Virus record (IMG/VR): IMGVR_UViG_3300049076_000010
Span: 1-37,337 of that record
DNA: 37,337 bases
Origin: a virus
Strand: one strand, 5' to 3'
Of the stretch, positions 16,751 to 25,629 are shown piece by piece (position 1 is the first letter of the stretch; every line of letters starts with the position of its first letter). A program made the position numbers and the translations under genes. The notes below the pieces were generated by a model. The model saw only the letters and a program-made list of their open reading frames with translations. It was not told the DNA's origin and ran no database searches.

Positions 16751-16775
16751 TAAAAAAGCCCACCGAAGTGAGCTT
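16751..16775 (-). terminator. Stem-loop plus U-tract between portal and scaffold genes
   Basis: The minus strand reads AAGCTCAC-TTCG-GTGGGCTT followed by TTTTATTG. The stem is 8 bp with one mismatch and a UUCG loop. Confidence 0.55.
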
Positions 16776-16792
16776 GGTTTTAATTCTGTTGG

Positions 16793-18898
16793 TTAAACTT
16801 CCAATGCTTCTAATTGTTCAGGTGACACAATGTCGATCAACTTGGCAACCGCATCCTTAAGCATCTCGACCTCATCCATATTGATGCTTTCCTGTGCTTG
16901 CATGGCGGTTAACTCCACTTGTAGGCGTTTAGTTTGTGCCTCGTAATCCTTGATTTCGATTTCACGCGCCTTGAGTGCCAGCTCACCTTCTTTGTCATTG
17001 GCAGCGGCTTGCATCTGTTTAGCCTCTTCGCTAGCATCTAACATAGCTTGCTCTGCGGCCTGCAATTGTGTTTGTAGCTGTTTAAGCATCTCATCAGCCT
17101 GTTTCTTAACTTGCATGACTTCCGGACTATCGCCATGCTCTTTATCCTGCAATTCAGGCGGTAATGTTTTAGCCAGGCGTTCTGCTAATTCCTCTGCCAT
17201 TGGGAAGTCAGCTGCTTTCATAATCAGATCACCTGCAACATCCATAAGTTTAGGATTGCGTGAAGCCAATTCATTCAATGCGTCAAAGGCTTCCTGTCTG
17301 CGTGTTGTATAAGATGGGCCAACGGCAACCGCAACATCATAACGACCTACCGATGGGTTATAAATCTCCTCAATACCGTTAGGCGTTTTGCGTTTCTCGT
17401 AAGAAGTCTCCATTTCAGGGTCAATCTGCACCATGCTGTCTGCGCCATCTTCACCAAGGATACGTACTACCCTTGCTGTGTCATACACTTTAGGAATAAG
17501 GTCAACCAGTATCTTGCCAGTGTATTTAATCGCCCTAGCCACGTTATCTATGAAGTGGAAGGTCGCAGTATCACCTTTGCGTTGTAGTGCGTTCAGGGCC
17601 TTTCCAGACTGTGCAGAAGGGTTGTTGCCAAACTGCGCATCATATTGACCGGAACTCATGTTCATTTCACGGCTTGCCACTTCCATGCCTTGCAGAAATA
17701 GCTGTGATGCTGCTGGTGGGTTCATGCGGTTAGGCTGCGGTATCGGGTTGCCTTCTTCGTCCTTGTGATTCCAAGGTATATAAGGTAGGTTCTCGGTGTT
17801 GGCACGATTCCAATAGGTTTCATAGCCTTCAATGGCTTCCGCAGCGGCAATGATTGGTGTTTTGGTCTGTAACGCACCGTATTCCACAGAGGCAGAGGAA
17901 TTGTAGTTATACATCCTTTGCGCATCTTTCATGGCTCGGGTATGGCCTTTACGGTCTAATTTACCGTCGATCTCTTTCTCTTCGCCTACTACTCGAACGA
18001 TAGGAATATATTTGCCTAACCAGTCTTTACGGTCTAATACTTTATTACCTGCGATTAAATACCATTTAACCTGCGCGCCTTTGATGTCACGTTTCTTGAC
18101 TTCACCGGATTTAACACGCAGTTCAAGCTCGGTAACAACGTCTTTCTCAAGATCACTTTTTTTGAGCGTTTCGCCATTGTCTAGCGCATACAGTACGTCT
18201 TTCTTGTCCTCGACGCGGAAATATTCAGCCACGCGGATTGAATCACCTTTAATCCAATTTGACCCTGTATTAATAGGCCAGTCAATCGGTTCGCAGTCAG
18301 GATAGTCACGCTCAAACTCATCCTTTGGAATGTCCTTAAAGATAAAGCCGCGTTTAGCGTCTGAACCGTCAGGTTTTTGAATACGTGAATCTAACAACAC
18401 ATTCAATGGGTTCTTGATCGGTTCAATGTAGATTTCCTGATCGAAGCTATCATCAGACGCATAGTCAGTAATAACACGCCAATATCCAATTCCAGCATCT
18501 ACCGCGAAGTCCCCAGCCATATCGTAGGCGGTCTCTGCATCGGAGTTGGTCTCAATATGGCGAATGATGCCGTTGAATATCTTGGCGGTCTCTTTGTCTG
18601 CCCCATTGTCTACCGGATAGACTCGGACTGATGGTTTGTTTTGGCGGGCTTCGTTGGTAATCTGCCTGTTGTGTATCTTGACCTTGTTAATCGTTAAACA
18701 TGGGCGTTTGTTTAGTTCGCGGTCTTTGGCGTAGGTTGCGTCCCACTGAAACTTGTTGTCAGGATCGCCATTAGCAAACTTTAAGTCGAGTTTCCACGCT
18801 TCACGGGAATTTGACTCATATTCATAGTCAGTCTCAAATTCTTTGTGAGCCTGCTCGATGAGCTTTTCATCTGCTGTGAGGTTGAGTTCTTTTGCCAT
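16793..18898 (-). CDS. Portal protein (P22-like, with long C-terminal coiled coil)
   Basis: 701 aa, directly downstream of TerL. The C-terminal roughly 100 aa are a continuous Q/E/A/K helix, like the P22 portal barrel. Confidence 0.8.
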   Translation of the reverse strand: MAKELNLTADEKLIEQAHKEFETDYEYESNSREAWKLDLKFANGDPDNKFQWDATYAKDRELNKRPCLTINKVKIHNRQITNEARQNKPSVRVYPVDNGADKETAKIFNGIIRHIETNSDAETAYDMAGDFAVDAGIGYWRVITDYASDDSFDQEIYIEPIKNPLNVLLDSRIQKPDGSDAKRGFIFKDIPKDEFERDYPDCEPIDWPINTGSNWIKGDSIRVAEYFRVEDKKDVLYALDNGETLKKSDLEKDVVTELELRVKSGEVKKRDIKGAQVKWYLIAGNKVLDRKDWLGKYIPIVRVVGEEKEIDGKLDRKGHTRAMKDAQRMYNYNSSASVEYGALQTKTPIIAAAEAIEGYETYWNRANTENLPYIPWNHKDEEGNPIPQPNRMNPPAASQLFLQGMEVASREMNMSSGQYDAQFGNNPSAQSGKALNALQRKGDTATFHFIDNVARAIKYTGKILVDLIPKVYDTARVVRILGEDGADSMVQIDPEMETSYEKRKTPNGIEEIYNPSVGRYDVAVAVGPSYTTRRQEAFDALNELASRNPKLMDVAGDLIMKAADFPMAEELAERLAKTLPPELQDKEHGDSPEVMQVKKQADEMLKQLQTQLQAAEQAMLDASEEAKQMQAAANDKEGELALKAREIEIKDYEAQTKRLQVELTAMQAQESINMDEVEMLKDAVAKLIDIVSPEQLEALEV

Positions 18899-18906
18899 GT
18901 GGTGTC

Positions 18907-20151
18907 CTACCCCATCCAGGCGTTGCTGGAATTAAGGTCATAATTAAGTCTACGTGTGGGTTCGGTAGTAGTTGGTTTCTTCTTCTGTGCGCGTCTTGCG
19001 CCTTCACAGGCATAGCGTAAAGCATCAATCACATGATTATCTTTGTCGCTCAATATTGGCATGACCAGATTAGTTAATGGGTCTATTTTGTAGCTGTAAA
19101 GTGTGAGCTCATCAATTGTGTGTTTGCAGCGTGGATGTACAATTATGTCAAAGCTTTTTAGAAATTCCACGCCCTCTTCTAATGACTTCGGCCCCTTAAC
19201 TGCTGCCATAATTTTAGGGAATCCATTCTTCTGCATGTGGCTAATCGTTTCAGGTCTTGCAGAATCCGCTGTAATAGGCCAACTCTCGCTATCTGGTACG
19301 GTCATAAACAATGACGGAGTGTCGGTGATCTCACAGCCAACGCGGTAAGCCTCATATGGCACGTACAACTTACGGCCTACAATGTAACACTGAACTAACA
19401 CAGTAGGGTCTATAGCAAATCCCCAGTCAGCGCCTTGTCTTACAATGGCGTTAGGGTCTATGTCAAACTCTTCGATTGTCCAGTTCTTGAATACTCTAGA
19501 TTCGCTATTACTTTGATACTTGCCTAGCCATACATGAGTGTATTTATCAAAGTCTCGTTCACGGTCATACACCATTTCATCGTAAAGCTCTTTGGGCAAA
19601 AATGGATTGTCCATGTAATTAGCCTCTACCACTATCGCGCCTGGAGGTGGATTCTCACATCGAAGCAACTTCTCTATGGGGTCAGTCTCAAGGTTTGGAT
19701 TCCAGCTAAACCATAACTCACTGCCTGGTTTACGAATCGTTGGCCTTAATAGCGTTAAGCTTTTCTCGCTGGCGTTCTGCGCTTCCTCAAACCATGACCT
19801 ATCAAAACCCTCTAAAGACTTGATTGATTCACTAGTGTGGTTCTGCATGCCTTCAAAGATGGTCACGCCGCCATTCTTGGACATAATGCGTCTATCTTGT
19901 ACAGTGAAGTAATAACCCGCGTTGTATTGCTCTATCTTAGATTCAAGTAGCTTCTTTACTGAGAACTCTAATGACTTAAGTGTTTCCCTTAAGCATACGA
20001 AGTCTAACTTCTCTCTGATGCTTTCGTCTATCCAGTTATCAGCAAAGTTATGTGACTTGCCTGAACCCCTACCACCCCACGCCCCTTTATACCTTGCTGG
20101 TTGTAGTAGTGGTAAATAGACCTCAGGAGTTTGTATTTGTAGGTTTGACAA
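18907..20151 (-). CDS. terL: Terminase large subunit (PBSX/TIGR01547-like)
   Basis: 414 aa. Walker A in AWGGRGSGKSH. The N-terminus ...YLPLLQPARYKGAWGGRGSGKS is typical of PBSX-type TerL. Followed by the portal gene. Confidence 0.85.
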   Translation of the reverse strand: MSNLQIQTPEVYLPLLQPARYKGAWGGRGSGKSHNFADNWIDESIREKLDFVCLRETLKSLEFSVKKLLESKIEQYNAGYYFTVQDRRIMSKNGGVTIFEGMQNHTSESIKSLEGFDRSWFEEAQNASEKSLTLLRPTIRKPGSELWFSWNPNLETDPIEKLLRCENPPPGAIVVEANYMDNPFLPKELYDEMVYDRERDFDKYTHVWLGKYQSNSESRVFKNWTIEEFDIDPNAIVRQGADWGFAIDPTVLVQCYIVGRKLYVPYEAYRVGCEITDTPSLFMTVPDSESWPITADSARPETISHMQKNGFPKIMAAVKGPKSLEEGVEFLKSFDIIVHPRCKHTIDELTLYSYKIDPLTNLVMPILSDKDNHVIDALRYACEGARRAQKKKPTTTEPTRRLNYDLNSSNAWMG

Positions 20152-20389
20152 TTACGCGCTCTATGGCTGTAATGGCTATAGGATTATCTTCATCGCCTGT
20201 TATCTCAACGCTCTGTAAGTCTGGTAAAGCTTTGTTTAGTAACAGTTTGATTGCATTCAATCTATTTGAGCTAACGTCCTCGTCTGCAAGCTCTCCCATT
20301 GCGTAAGCTTGGACTCTATTGATTAGCTCTGTAGTTTTAATCTTTAACCGCACATCGTCTTGATGTGTCTTACGTAATCTTGCTGCCAT
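20123..20389 (-). CDS. Small terminase subunit candidate
   Basis: 88 aa. Overlaps the TerL start by 29 nt. Helical, with LLLNKALPDLQSVE resembling short TerS-like proteins of podoviruses. Mostly positional. Confidence 0.4.
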   Translation of the reverse strand: MAARLRKTHQDDVRLKIKTTELINRVQAYAMGELADEDVSSNRLNAIKLLLNKALPDLQSVEITGDEDNPIAITAIERVIVKPTNTNS

Positions 20390-20421
20390 ATTGCTTCCTT
20401 TCGGAACTAAGTGATAAGCAC

Positions 20422-20772
20422 TTATACTTTGGTTAGTTTGATTGCTTTGATAGTAACTGAATCAGTTACCGGTTGTGGGAATCTTGCCATTAATAACGGT
20501 TCTTCTTGTATCTGCTCATAGCCGAATTTTGCATACATAGCAATGAGTTCACTTAATTTGATCTCATCGCTTTTAGGGTTTAGCAGTATAGCGAATTGCT
20601 CAGCATCAGCTTTAGCGCCTAAATGTGTTAATAGCTGTCTTGCGTAGCCTTGCTGTCTATAGTTTTTACTGGTGTAAAGGTTGGTCAACATCATGACGCG
20701 GCCTTTGGTTTGTTCGTCTAGCTCTAGCGGTTCAAGATTACATGATGCATAGCCTAATGCGATTTCACTCAT
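20422..20772 (-). CDS. GNAT-family N-acetyltransferase
   Basis: 116 aa. The acetyl-CoA motif-A-like YRQQGYARQLL follows a beta strand (VMMLTNLYT). Confidence 0.55.
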   Translation of the reverse strand: MSEIALGYASCNLEPLELDEQTKGRVMMLTNLYTSKNYRQQGYARQLLTHLGAKADAEQFAILLNPKSDEIKLSELIAMYAKFGYEQIQEEPLLMARFPQPVTDSVTIKAIKLTKV

Positions 20773-21032
20773 AGTTGCGTAACCGTAACTGCTGGCGGTG
20801 TGACTACAAAGCTTATTCTCATCTTTTGAGTTGGGAATAACAGAAATATACCTGCTATTGCTACCTGTAATACAAATCCTAATCCTACATCAATTTCAAT
20901 AGTGACTAATGCACCATTGCTTACCGTCATGACCTGTAAACTGGCACTAGTGTTCTCGTATGTCCAAGGCGAAGAGCCTAATACTTGGCTTACCGGATTG
21001 CCTTGGGTGCGTTTAAAGAAAAGCTGGTTCAT
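20769..21032 (-). CDS. Hypothetical protein
   Basis: 87 aa in the ORF track. Start and stop are coupled to both neighbours. Confidence 0.5.
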   Translation of the reverse strand: MNQLFFKRTQGNPVSQVLGSSPWTYENTSASLQVMTVSNGALVTIEIDVGLGFVLQVAIAGIFLLFPTQKMRISFVVTPPAVTVTQL

Positions 21033-21310
21033 TACAGATATGAAACGGTAAAACTCACTGTGCCACCAATCACAATATTCACGCCACTTTTAAAGCTGAA
21101 TGGCAATGGATACCAGGTAGAGGCTACAGGTGTGAAAGTATCCACGACTTTAGTTGTCGTACCTGTGCCAGCATCATCATAGATTGTGATTGTAGGTGTT
21201 GCGGATGCCGCTGTGACAAATATACCAAGCATATCACGCGGCGCTTGGGCGATATTACCGGAAGCCGATGCTTGGCGATAACCGCCTACTGCTACTACGT
21301 TTGCTGTCAT
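21032..21310 (-). CDS. Hypothetical beta-rich protein, first gene of the late operon
   Basis: 92 aa. GAGG RBS (actgaggtatatcATG). Confidence 0.55.
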   Translation of the reverse strand: MTANVVAVGGYRQASASGNIAQAPRDMLGIFVTAASATPTITIYDDAGTGTTTKVVDTFTPVASTWYPLPFSFKSGVNIVIGGTVSFTVSYL

Positions 21311-21408
21311 GATATACCTCAGTTCTTAATAGGGTGACTATCTAAAAGCACATTAACCGATGAGAGAGATTAGGTTCGTGGGTTCGTCAGTTAGATAGTC
21401 ATAAACGT

Positions 21409-21437
21409 AAAAAACCCTATGAGGATTAGTCATAGGG
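21409..21437 (-). terminator. Strong intrinsic terminator in the late leader (tR'-like)
   Basis: The minus strand reads CCCTATGA-CTAATCC-TCATAGGG followed by TTTTTT. The stem is a perfect 8 bp. It lies about 300 nt downstream of the Q-like gene and 100 nt upstream of the first late gene. Confidence 0.75.
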
Positions 21438-21685
21438 TTGTAGTCATCTAGTACGCCGTCCAGCGTCCGAGAAAGTTAGCTTTTATACTAACAAGAAATA
21501 GTTATTGGCCTTTTATCGCTCGCCTCAAAGGTTAGGCCGACTTGTATACAAATCTTTGTTCGCAATAACTATTGCTTCTTAATACATAAATTTAGGGGGC
21601 AACTATCCTATCGTGGATTCCGCAGCCCTGTTTTTTGTCTAATGTAGATACGGTGATGTAAGTATGCGCCTACTTTTTAATAAGC

Positions 21686-21713
21686 ACAATACCTACAGAC
21701 AATATATTTTCAA
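21686..21713 (-). promoter_or_regulatory. Candidate late promoter (PR'-like)
   Basis: The minus strand reads TTGAAA-16 nt-TATTGT just downstream of the Q-like stop. A weak call in AT-rich sequence. Confidence 0.3.
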
Positions 21714-21735
21714 TTAATTATTCTAGTGAGTTTTG

Positions 21736-22245
21736 CTATCTTTCCATCTTCTGCTTAACCGTATGTAAGCCATTGCGTTGCTCATTAGTGAATATAGATT
21801 GTACTTCCATTAACCTACGCTCCCAGAATTTAAGATAGATTTCCAGCGATACGCCTATGGCCTTGGCACGTTGCATGTCTGTGTGTCTGTGTAATCCAGT
21901 TCCATTACAGGTTTCACAGCGGATTAGTTTCTTCTCTATCAATGCTTCTTTACGTCCGTTACAAGTCTTGCAGAAGTTGAATGCTGATTCATATATCACT
22001 TGGTTACATACTCTTAACAGGATTTGTTTGTCGCATTTGATCTTGCGTCCTGCTTGGCGTGCGAGTGCATAGGTTAATTCTTTGTGGGCGGTTGCTTGTA
22101 ATCCGTCTATAAATCTTACTGCTGCCATGCCGATAGGGGAACTGATACCTGCTATACCCATCGCACCGATTAGGTCGATGCTGGTGTGTGATTCTTTCTG
22201 CTGTAGGCTCTTTGAGTGGATTGCGGTTGCAAGGATTTGTCTCAT
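21736..22245 (-). CDS. Q: Lambda-type Q late-gene antiterminator
   Basis: 169 aa. IGAMGIAGISSPIGMAAVRF parallels lambda Q MAAMGMAQSQAGFGMAAF. Paired zinc motifs CKTCNGRK...CETCNGTG parallel lambda Q CRDCHGTG...CGRCKGVG. Followed by a leader containing a terminator. Confidence 0.75.
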   Translation of the reverse strand: MRQILATAIHSKSLQQKESHTSIDLIGAMGIAGISSPIGMAAVRFIDGLQATAHKELTYALARQAGRKIKCDKQILLRVCNQVIYESAFNFCKTCNGRKEALIEKKLIRCETCNGTGLHRHTDMQRAKAIGVSLEIYLKFWERRLMEVQSIFTNEQRNGLHTVKQKMER

Positions 22246-22246
22246 T

Positions 22247-22435
22247 TCACATCCCCATTAATGATTCTAAATATTTTTCATATGATTTCCATTCTAATTT
22301 TGGATACAGAATAACCGAATCTATATTACCTTTTGTATATCCATCTTTATCTATGGCGATAAACTCAGCATCATGCTTTAACGCCGCTTCCATTAATAGT
22401 TCGGCATGTGGGTGGCGCATTATTTTTTCTCCCAA
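22247..22435 (-). CDS. Hypothetical protein (62 aa)
   Basis: ORF track. Tightly packed with its neighbours. Confidence 0.5.
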   Translation of the reverse strand: MGEKIMRHPHAELLMEAALKHDAEFIAIDKDGYTKGNIDSVILYPKLEWKSYEKYLESLMGM

Positions 22436-22656
22436 TATATTCCGTCAACTTTACATCTGTATTGCTCAAGCCTTAATGCATCCTCACGTTCTGTAGCACA
22501 TCTTGGTACATTTTCACTGATTACCACGCCGTTTACTGGGCTTCTCTTTGCTAGTCTGGTGCAAATGTCAATATGATAATATCCACTTCCAAATATCCCA
22601 AAACTGGTGTATTCGCTTTTTTTCGCATGATGCTTGCAATCAATACACAGCTTCAT
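22420..22656 (-). CDS. Hypothetical Cys-rich protein
   Basis: The ORF track starts at GTG 22665. I prefer ATG 22656 (MKLCIDCKHH...), which sits 1 nt after the upstream stop. Has a CxxC motif plus distal Cys residues. Confidence 0.5.
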   Translation of the reverse strand: MKLCIDCKHHAKKSEYTSFGIFGSGYYHIDICTRLAKRSPVNGVVISENVPRCATEREDALRLEQYRCKVDGIYWEKK

Positions 22657-22657
22657 A

Positions 22658-22816
22658 TTAACCACCCCTTTTGATTGCTCTTACTTTGTAACCAAGTAGC
22701 CATAAATATTGCCATTTAGTATCATGTTCTTTGGCAAAATCATTTCGAGCAATATCCCTTGTTGGCCTTATGCTGTCCGATATTAAATGACCGTTAGGGC
22801 CATATATTCCAATCAT
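22658..22816 (-). CDS. Hypothetical small protein (52 aa)
   Basis: Hand-translated: MIGIYGPNGHLISDSIRPTRDIARNDFAKEHDTKWQYLWLLGYKVRAIKRGG*. RBS aagggggaattATG. Confidence 0.4.
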   Translation of the reverse strand: MIGIYGPNGHLISDSIRPTRDIARNDFAKEHDTKWQYLWLLGYKVRAIKRGG

Positions 22817-22878
22817 AATTCCCCCTTATTTATAGAACTTCATCATTTTGTATAGTATGGCTATAACTAGCATGGTGT

Positions 22879-23274
22879 TCATAGGTACATGCCGCCTTCC
22901 GGTCTTGCCCATGCGCTGTGTGTGCGTCTTTCGCGTCTGGTTGGCTGGTAATCGTTTGAACTTACCTTGGTAATGTAGTGGGGTAGTTTTTCTTCAATCT
23001 TAGGCTCGATTATTTTCTCGCTAGGCATCTCAGGGTTATATGATTTGCCAGTAGTTTTATATAGCTGCAACCAGCGGTTGTTATGGTCTTGCTTCTTACC
23101 TGCAAATTCAATATGTCCACCTTCCATTAAGGTGCTCATGGAATATCTTAACAGGCTTTTACTGTAGCCAAATTTAAGCTCCATTTCACTTAAGCTCTGT
23201 GGTGTAACACATTCAGCAAGGATCATCTTACGTTTGTTGATGGTTTCAATAGAAGTCGTGTAGCTAGTTGGCAT
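22879..23274 (-). CDS. Hypothetical protein, possible winged-helix DNA-binding
   Basis: 131 aa. The N-terminal half looks wHTH-like (LSEMELKFGYSKSLLRYSMSTLMEGGHIEF). Weak call. Confidence 0.45.
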   Translation of the reverse strand: MPTSYTTSIETINKRKMILAECVTPQSLSEMELKFGYSKSLLRYSMSTLMEGGHIEFAGKKQDHNNRWLQLYKTTGKSYNPEMPSEKIIEPKIEEKLPHYITKVSSNDYQPTRRERRTHSAWARPEGGMYL

Positions 23275-23842
23275 TTTTTAATTCTTTCGTTAGTTGTTTG
23301 TATTTAAGTTTTATTGCTATTAATTCGTCTTTTGTCCACTTATGGATTTCGTTGTTATTTTCCAAGGCTTCCACACGCCCCAACCCAATCCTTTTAATCA
23401 TGCCTAGCCTCATACCGATCGGATTCCCATCACGGTACATATTGCAATACTTTCTTTGTCCGTGGGCGTTATCTTCGTTGAATCTCAGATGTGGGGCCGC
23501 CCCTCTACTACGCCAATGACCACAATCAAAATCACCACCTAGGTTATTCGTGCCATATGGTTTATCACAACAAATGCATAACTGGTCTTTGTCTCTTAAT
23601 CGAATAAATGCATTAAACGCGATTTGAGCCTCTTTCGTTAGCTCGTTGATACCTTTCATGCTATTTATCTTTTTCTTGCGTTCTGCGCGCTCCCTGATAG
23701 CTTTCTGGGCATTTTCACGTGATTTTAAGATGTTGTTATGGGCAATTGCGCAATTTGGGCCGCAACATGCTTGTAGTGGTCGCATCTTTTGAAACAACTC
23801 TTTGCAATGTTTGCATTTACGCTTGTTTAGTTTAGCGACCAT
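23264..23842 (-). CDS. ninG: NinG/Rap-family recombination endonuclease
   Basis: 192 aa. N-terminal CKHCKELF...ACCGPNCA, plus the central CICCDKP...CGHWRSRG and the H-N-H-like NEDNAHGQRKYCN, match the lambda NinG family pattern. Confidence 0.8.
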   Translation of the reverse strand: MVAKLNKRKCKHCKELFQKMRPLQACCGPNCAIAHNNILKSRENAQKAIRERAERKKKINSMKGINELTKEAQIAFNAFIRLRDKDQLCICCDKPYGTNNLGGDFDCGHWRSRGAAPHLRFNEDNAHGQRKYCNMYRDGNPIGMRLGMIKRIGLGRVEALENNNEIHKWTKDELIAIKLKYKQLTKELKNAN

Positions 23843-23936
23843 AATGCAGAATCCCCATTACCAGTATGCCGATATTTATTCCAATCGCTAAAGTGAACCA
23901 GAATTGATAGCTTAAGAATATTTGTGGCATGTCCAT
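23832..23936 (-). CDS. Hydrophobic micro-protein (34 aa)
   Basis: Hand-translated: MDMPQIFLSYQFWFTLAIGINIGILVMGILHYGR*. Its ATG directly abuts the NinB stop, and its 3' end overlaps the NinG start. Confidence 0.35.
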   Translation of the reverse strand: MDMPQIFLSYQFWFTLAIGINIGILVMGILHYGR

Positions 23937-24380
23937 TTATCGTGGCCTTTCGCTGAATAAAACGCCCATACTTGCACCATCTGCATGGATTTGGTCTAGG
24001 TATTGTGAGAATCCATATTTGGTTAAATCTGTCGTACTGGCTACTAGGATAAGATTGCCTGCCGGGTCTGTGTTCCATTTCTTGTATGATTCTGGATGTT
24101 TCACTAGCTCAAACAGATACGGGTCGTTTTCTTCTGGCAGATACAAGGCTTTAAAATGCTCATGCCATACTTTGTCAATGAACTGACGGCCTTCAACGTA
24201 AGCCTGCTCTGCAATATCCTTCAATGGCCCAGCCCACATCAAGTCATTGGCGCTTTGTGAGCGCGCTTTAACTGGTTCACGCAAGACCACTTCAATGTTA
24301 TCTGGTGCATTGTCGATAGCCGCTTTCGCGGTATCACGTTGGAGTTGGCCTGTTAGTTTGATGATGCGTTGTTTAAACAT
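23937..24380 (-). CDS. ninB: NinB (lambda Orf-like) recombination mediator
   Basis: 147 aa (lambda NinB is 146 aa). RSQSANDLMWAGPLKDIAEQ parallels lambda RSLDQNRKLWACLGDVSRQ. Confidence 0.65.
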   Translation of the reverse strand: MFKQRIIKLTGQLQRDTAKAAIDNAPDNIEVVLREPVKARSQSANDLMWAGPLKDIAEQAYVEGRQFIDKVWHEHFKALYLPEENDPYLFELVKHPESYKKWNTDPAGNLILVASTTDLTKYGFSQYLDQIHADGASMGVLFSERPR

Positions 24381-25629
24381 CTTGAACCTCTAAGTTTTTG
24401 ATTTTCCAGTCTGTGCGGCGGCGTTTCATTAAATCAACGTATTTTTGGTATGCGCTAGACTTGGTTGGACTGAACCCCAAACCTTTGCACCAGTAATCGT
24501 TTTTAAGAATCGTCTTAACAACCTTACGCCATGATGGGACTTTGCCTAATGATTCAATCTTACGATCTGCTTTATCTGGTATACCGTCCGGATAACCACG
24601 CTTACTCCACCAGTTTAAATACACCGCTAGTTTGTTTTTGTAGTGTTCTCCTGTCGCGTTAGGCATGGTGTTTAATAAATGCATGGCGAAAGATTCAAAC
24701 GTATGGCCTGCTGGCAAATCAATCGAGTAGTTGCCCATGACCGCGCCTTTGTCGTTGGCATATAGCGCTCCTGTATTCGCACCAGCTACCCTTAAACAGA
24801 CTTTCGCCCACATCTGCGGCTCTACGACTTGGTATAACCACAAACCTTTCCTAGCTTCATCCCCGAATGGCTCACAGATACGCATTTGGCTTAACTTGAT
24901 TCCAGCCTGATGCATACGGTCATACAAAGCGTTGTATGGTTTGTTAAACTTACCCAAATAAGTCCAGATGTCCTTAGTTGCCATGTCGTAGATTGGATAT
25001 ACATTCCAGCAATCGTCAATGACTTTGGTTGTCCATGCTTTTTCTTGGAACTTGTCTTTCTCTCTCGCTACCGTGCGGAATCGGTTTAGGCTTTCATCTG
25101 CTCTTATGCCAACAAAGCAAGCACAGGGTTTACCATCGGCATACCATTGCCCGAACAACGGCACGAATTCTTCAAACGGCATACCTTCGTAATAAAATGG
25201 GAAGTAAGCCATATCCGTGATAGACATTGCATCCGGCTGACGTACCCATAGCTCTTGTTTCTGACTATCCCAGGAAGTCCACTCCGGCTCAATCTGGCTG
25301 CAAGCATTCCAGGTTTTAATTGGTAAGGCTATCCAGTAAGGTTCAATCCATTCTGCATATTCCTCAAACATCTGCTTGGTAAAATCTATCGTCAAACCAA
25401 TCTGGCATTCCCAGTCTAAAAACATACAGCCAATTTTACGGTTGCGTTTTTTGGCTTCTTCCATGACTAAGTGCAACATGACAGTGGAATCTTTACCGCC
25501 AGAAAAACTTATGTATATTTTTTTAAAGTTATCAAATGTAAATTCAATGCGCTGTTGCGCTGCGGTTAAAGTATCAATTCCCAATTTAATTTTTGGCATA
25601 GTTATTTTTCCAATGTTCTTTGGCTTCAT
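24373..25629 (-). CDS. PAPS-reductase-family PP-loop protein, IbrA-like
   Basis: 418 aa. PP-loop SFSGGKDST. Long C-terminal extension, as in IbrA/DUF3440-type proteins. Start may be Met11 (25599). Confidence 0.75.
   Translation of the reverse strand: MKPKNIGKITMPKIKLGIDTLTAAQQRIEFTFDNFKKIYISFSGGKDSTVMLHLVMEEAKKRNRKIGCMFLDWECQIGLTIDFTKQMFEEYAEWIEPYWIALPIKTWNACSQIEPEWTSWDSQKQELWVRQPDAMSITDMAYFPFYYEGMPFEEFVPLFGQWYADGKPCACFVGIRADESLNRFRTVAREKDKFQEKAWTTKVIDDCWNVYPIYDMATKDIWTYLGKFNKPYNALYDRMHQAGIKLSQMRICEPFGDEARKGLWLYQVVEPQMWAKVCLRVAGANTGALYANDKGAVMGNYSIDLPAGHTFESFAMHLLNTMPNATGEHYKNKLAVYLNWWSKRGYPDGIPDKADRKIESLGKVPSWRKVVKTILKNDYWCKGLGFSPTKSSAYQKYVDLMKRRRTDWKIKNLEVQDV

Noticed and set aside
16950-18305. 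Plus-strand ORFs (16950-17312, 17433-17648, 17931-18305) antisense to the portal gene
   Set aside because: The translations are Ser/Leu/Cys-rich and low-complexity. They mirror the codon periodicity of the portal gene. They are shadow ORFs.
21361-21400. ggttcgtgggttcgtc, considered as a tRNA fragment in the late leader
   Set aside because: It has no complementary T-stem and no cloverleaf context on either strand.
23827-24078. 83-aa minus-strand ORF in an alternative frame of NinB
   Set aside because: It overlaps the recognisable NinB frame. The gap it partly covers is better explained by the 34-aa coupled micro-ORF.
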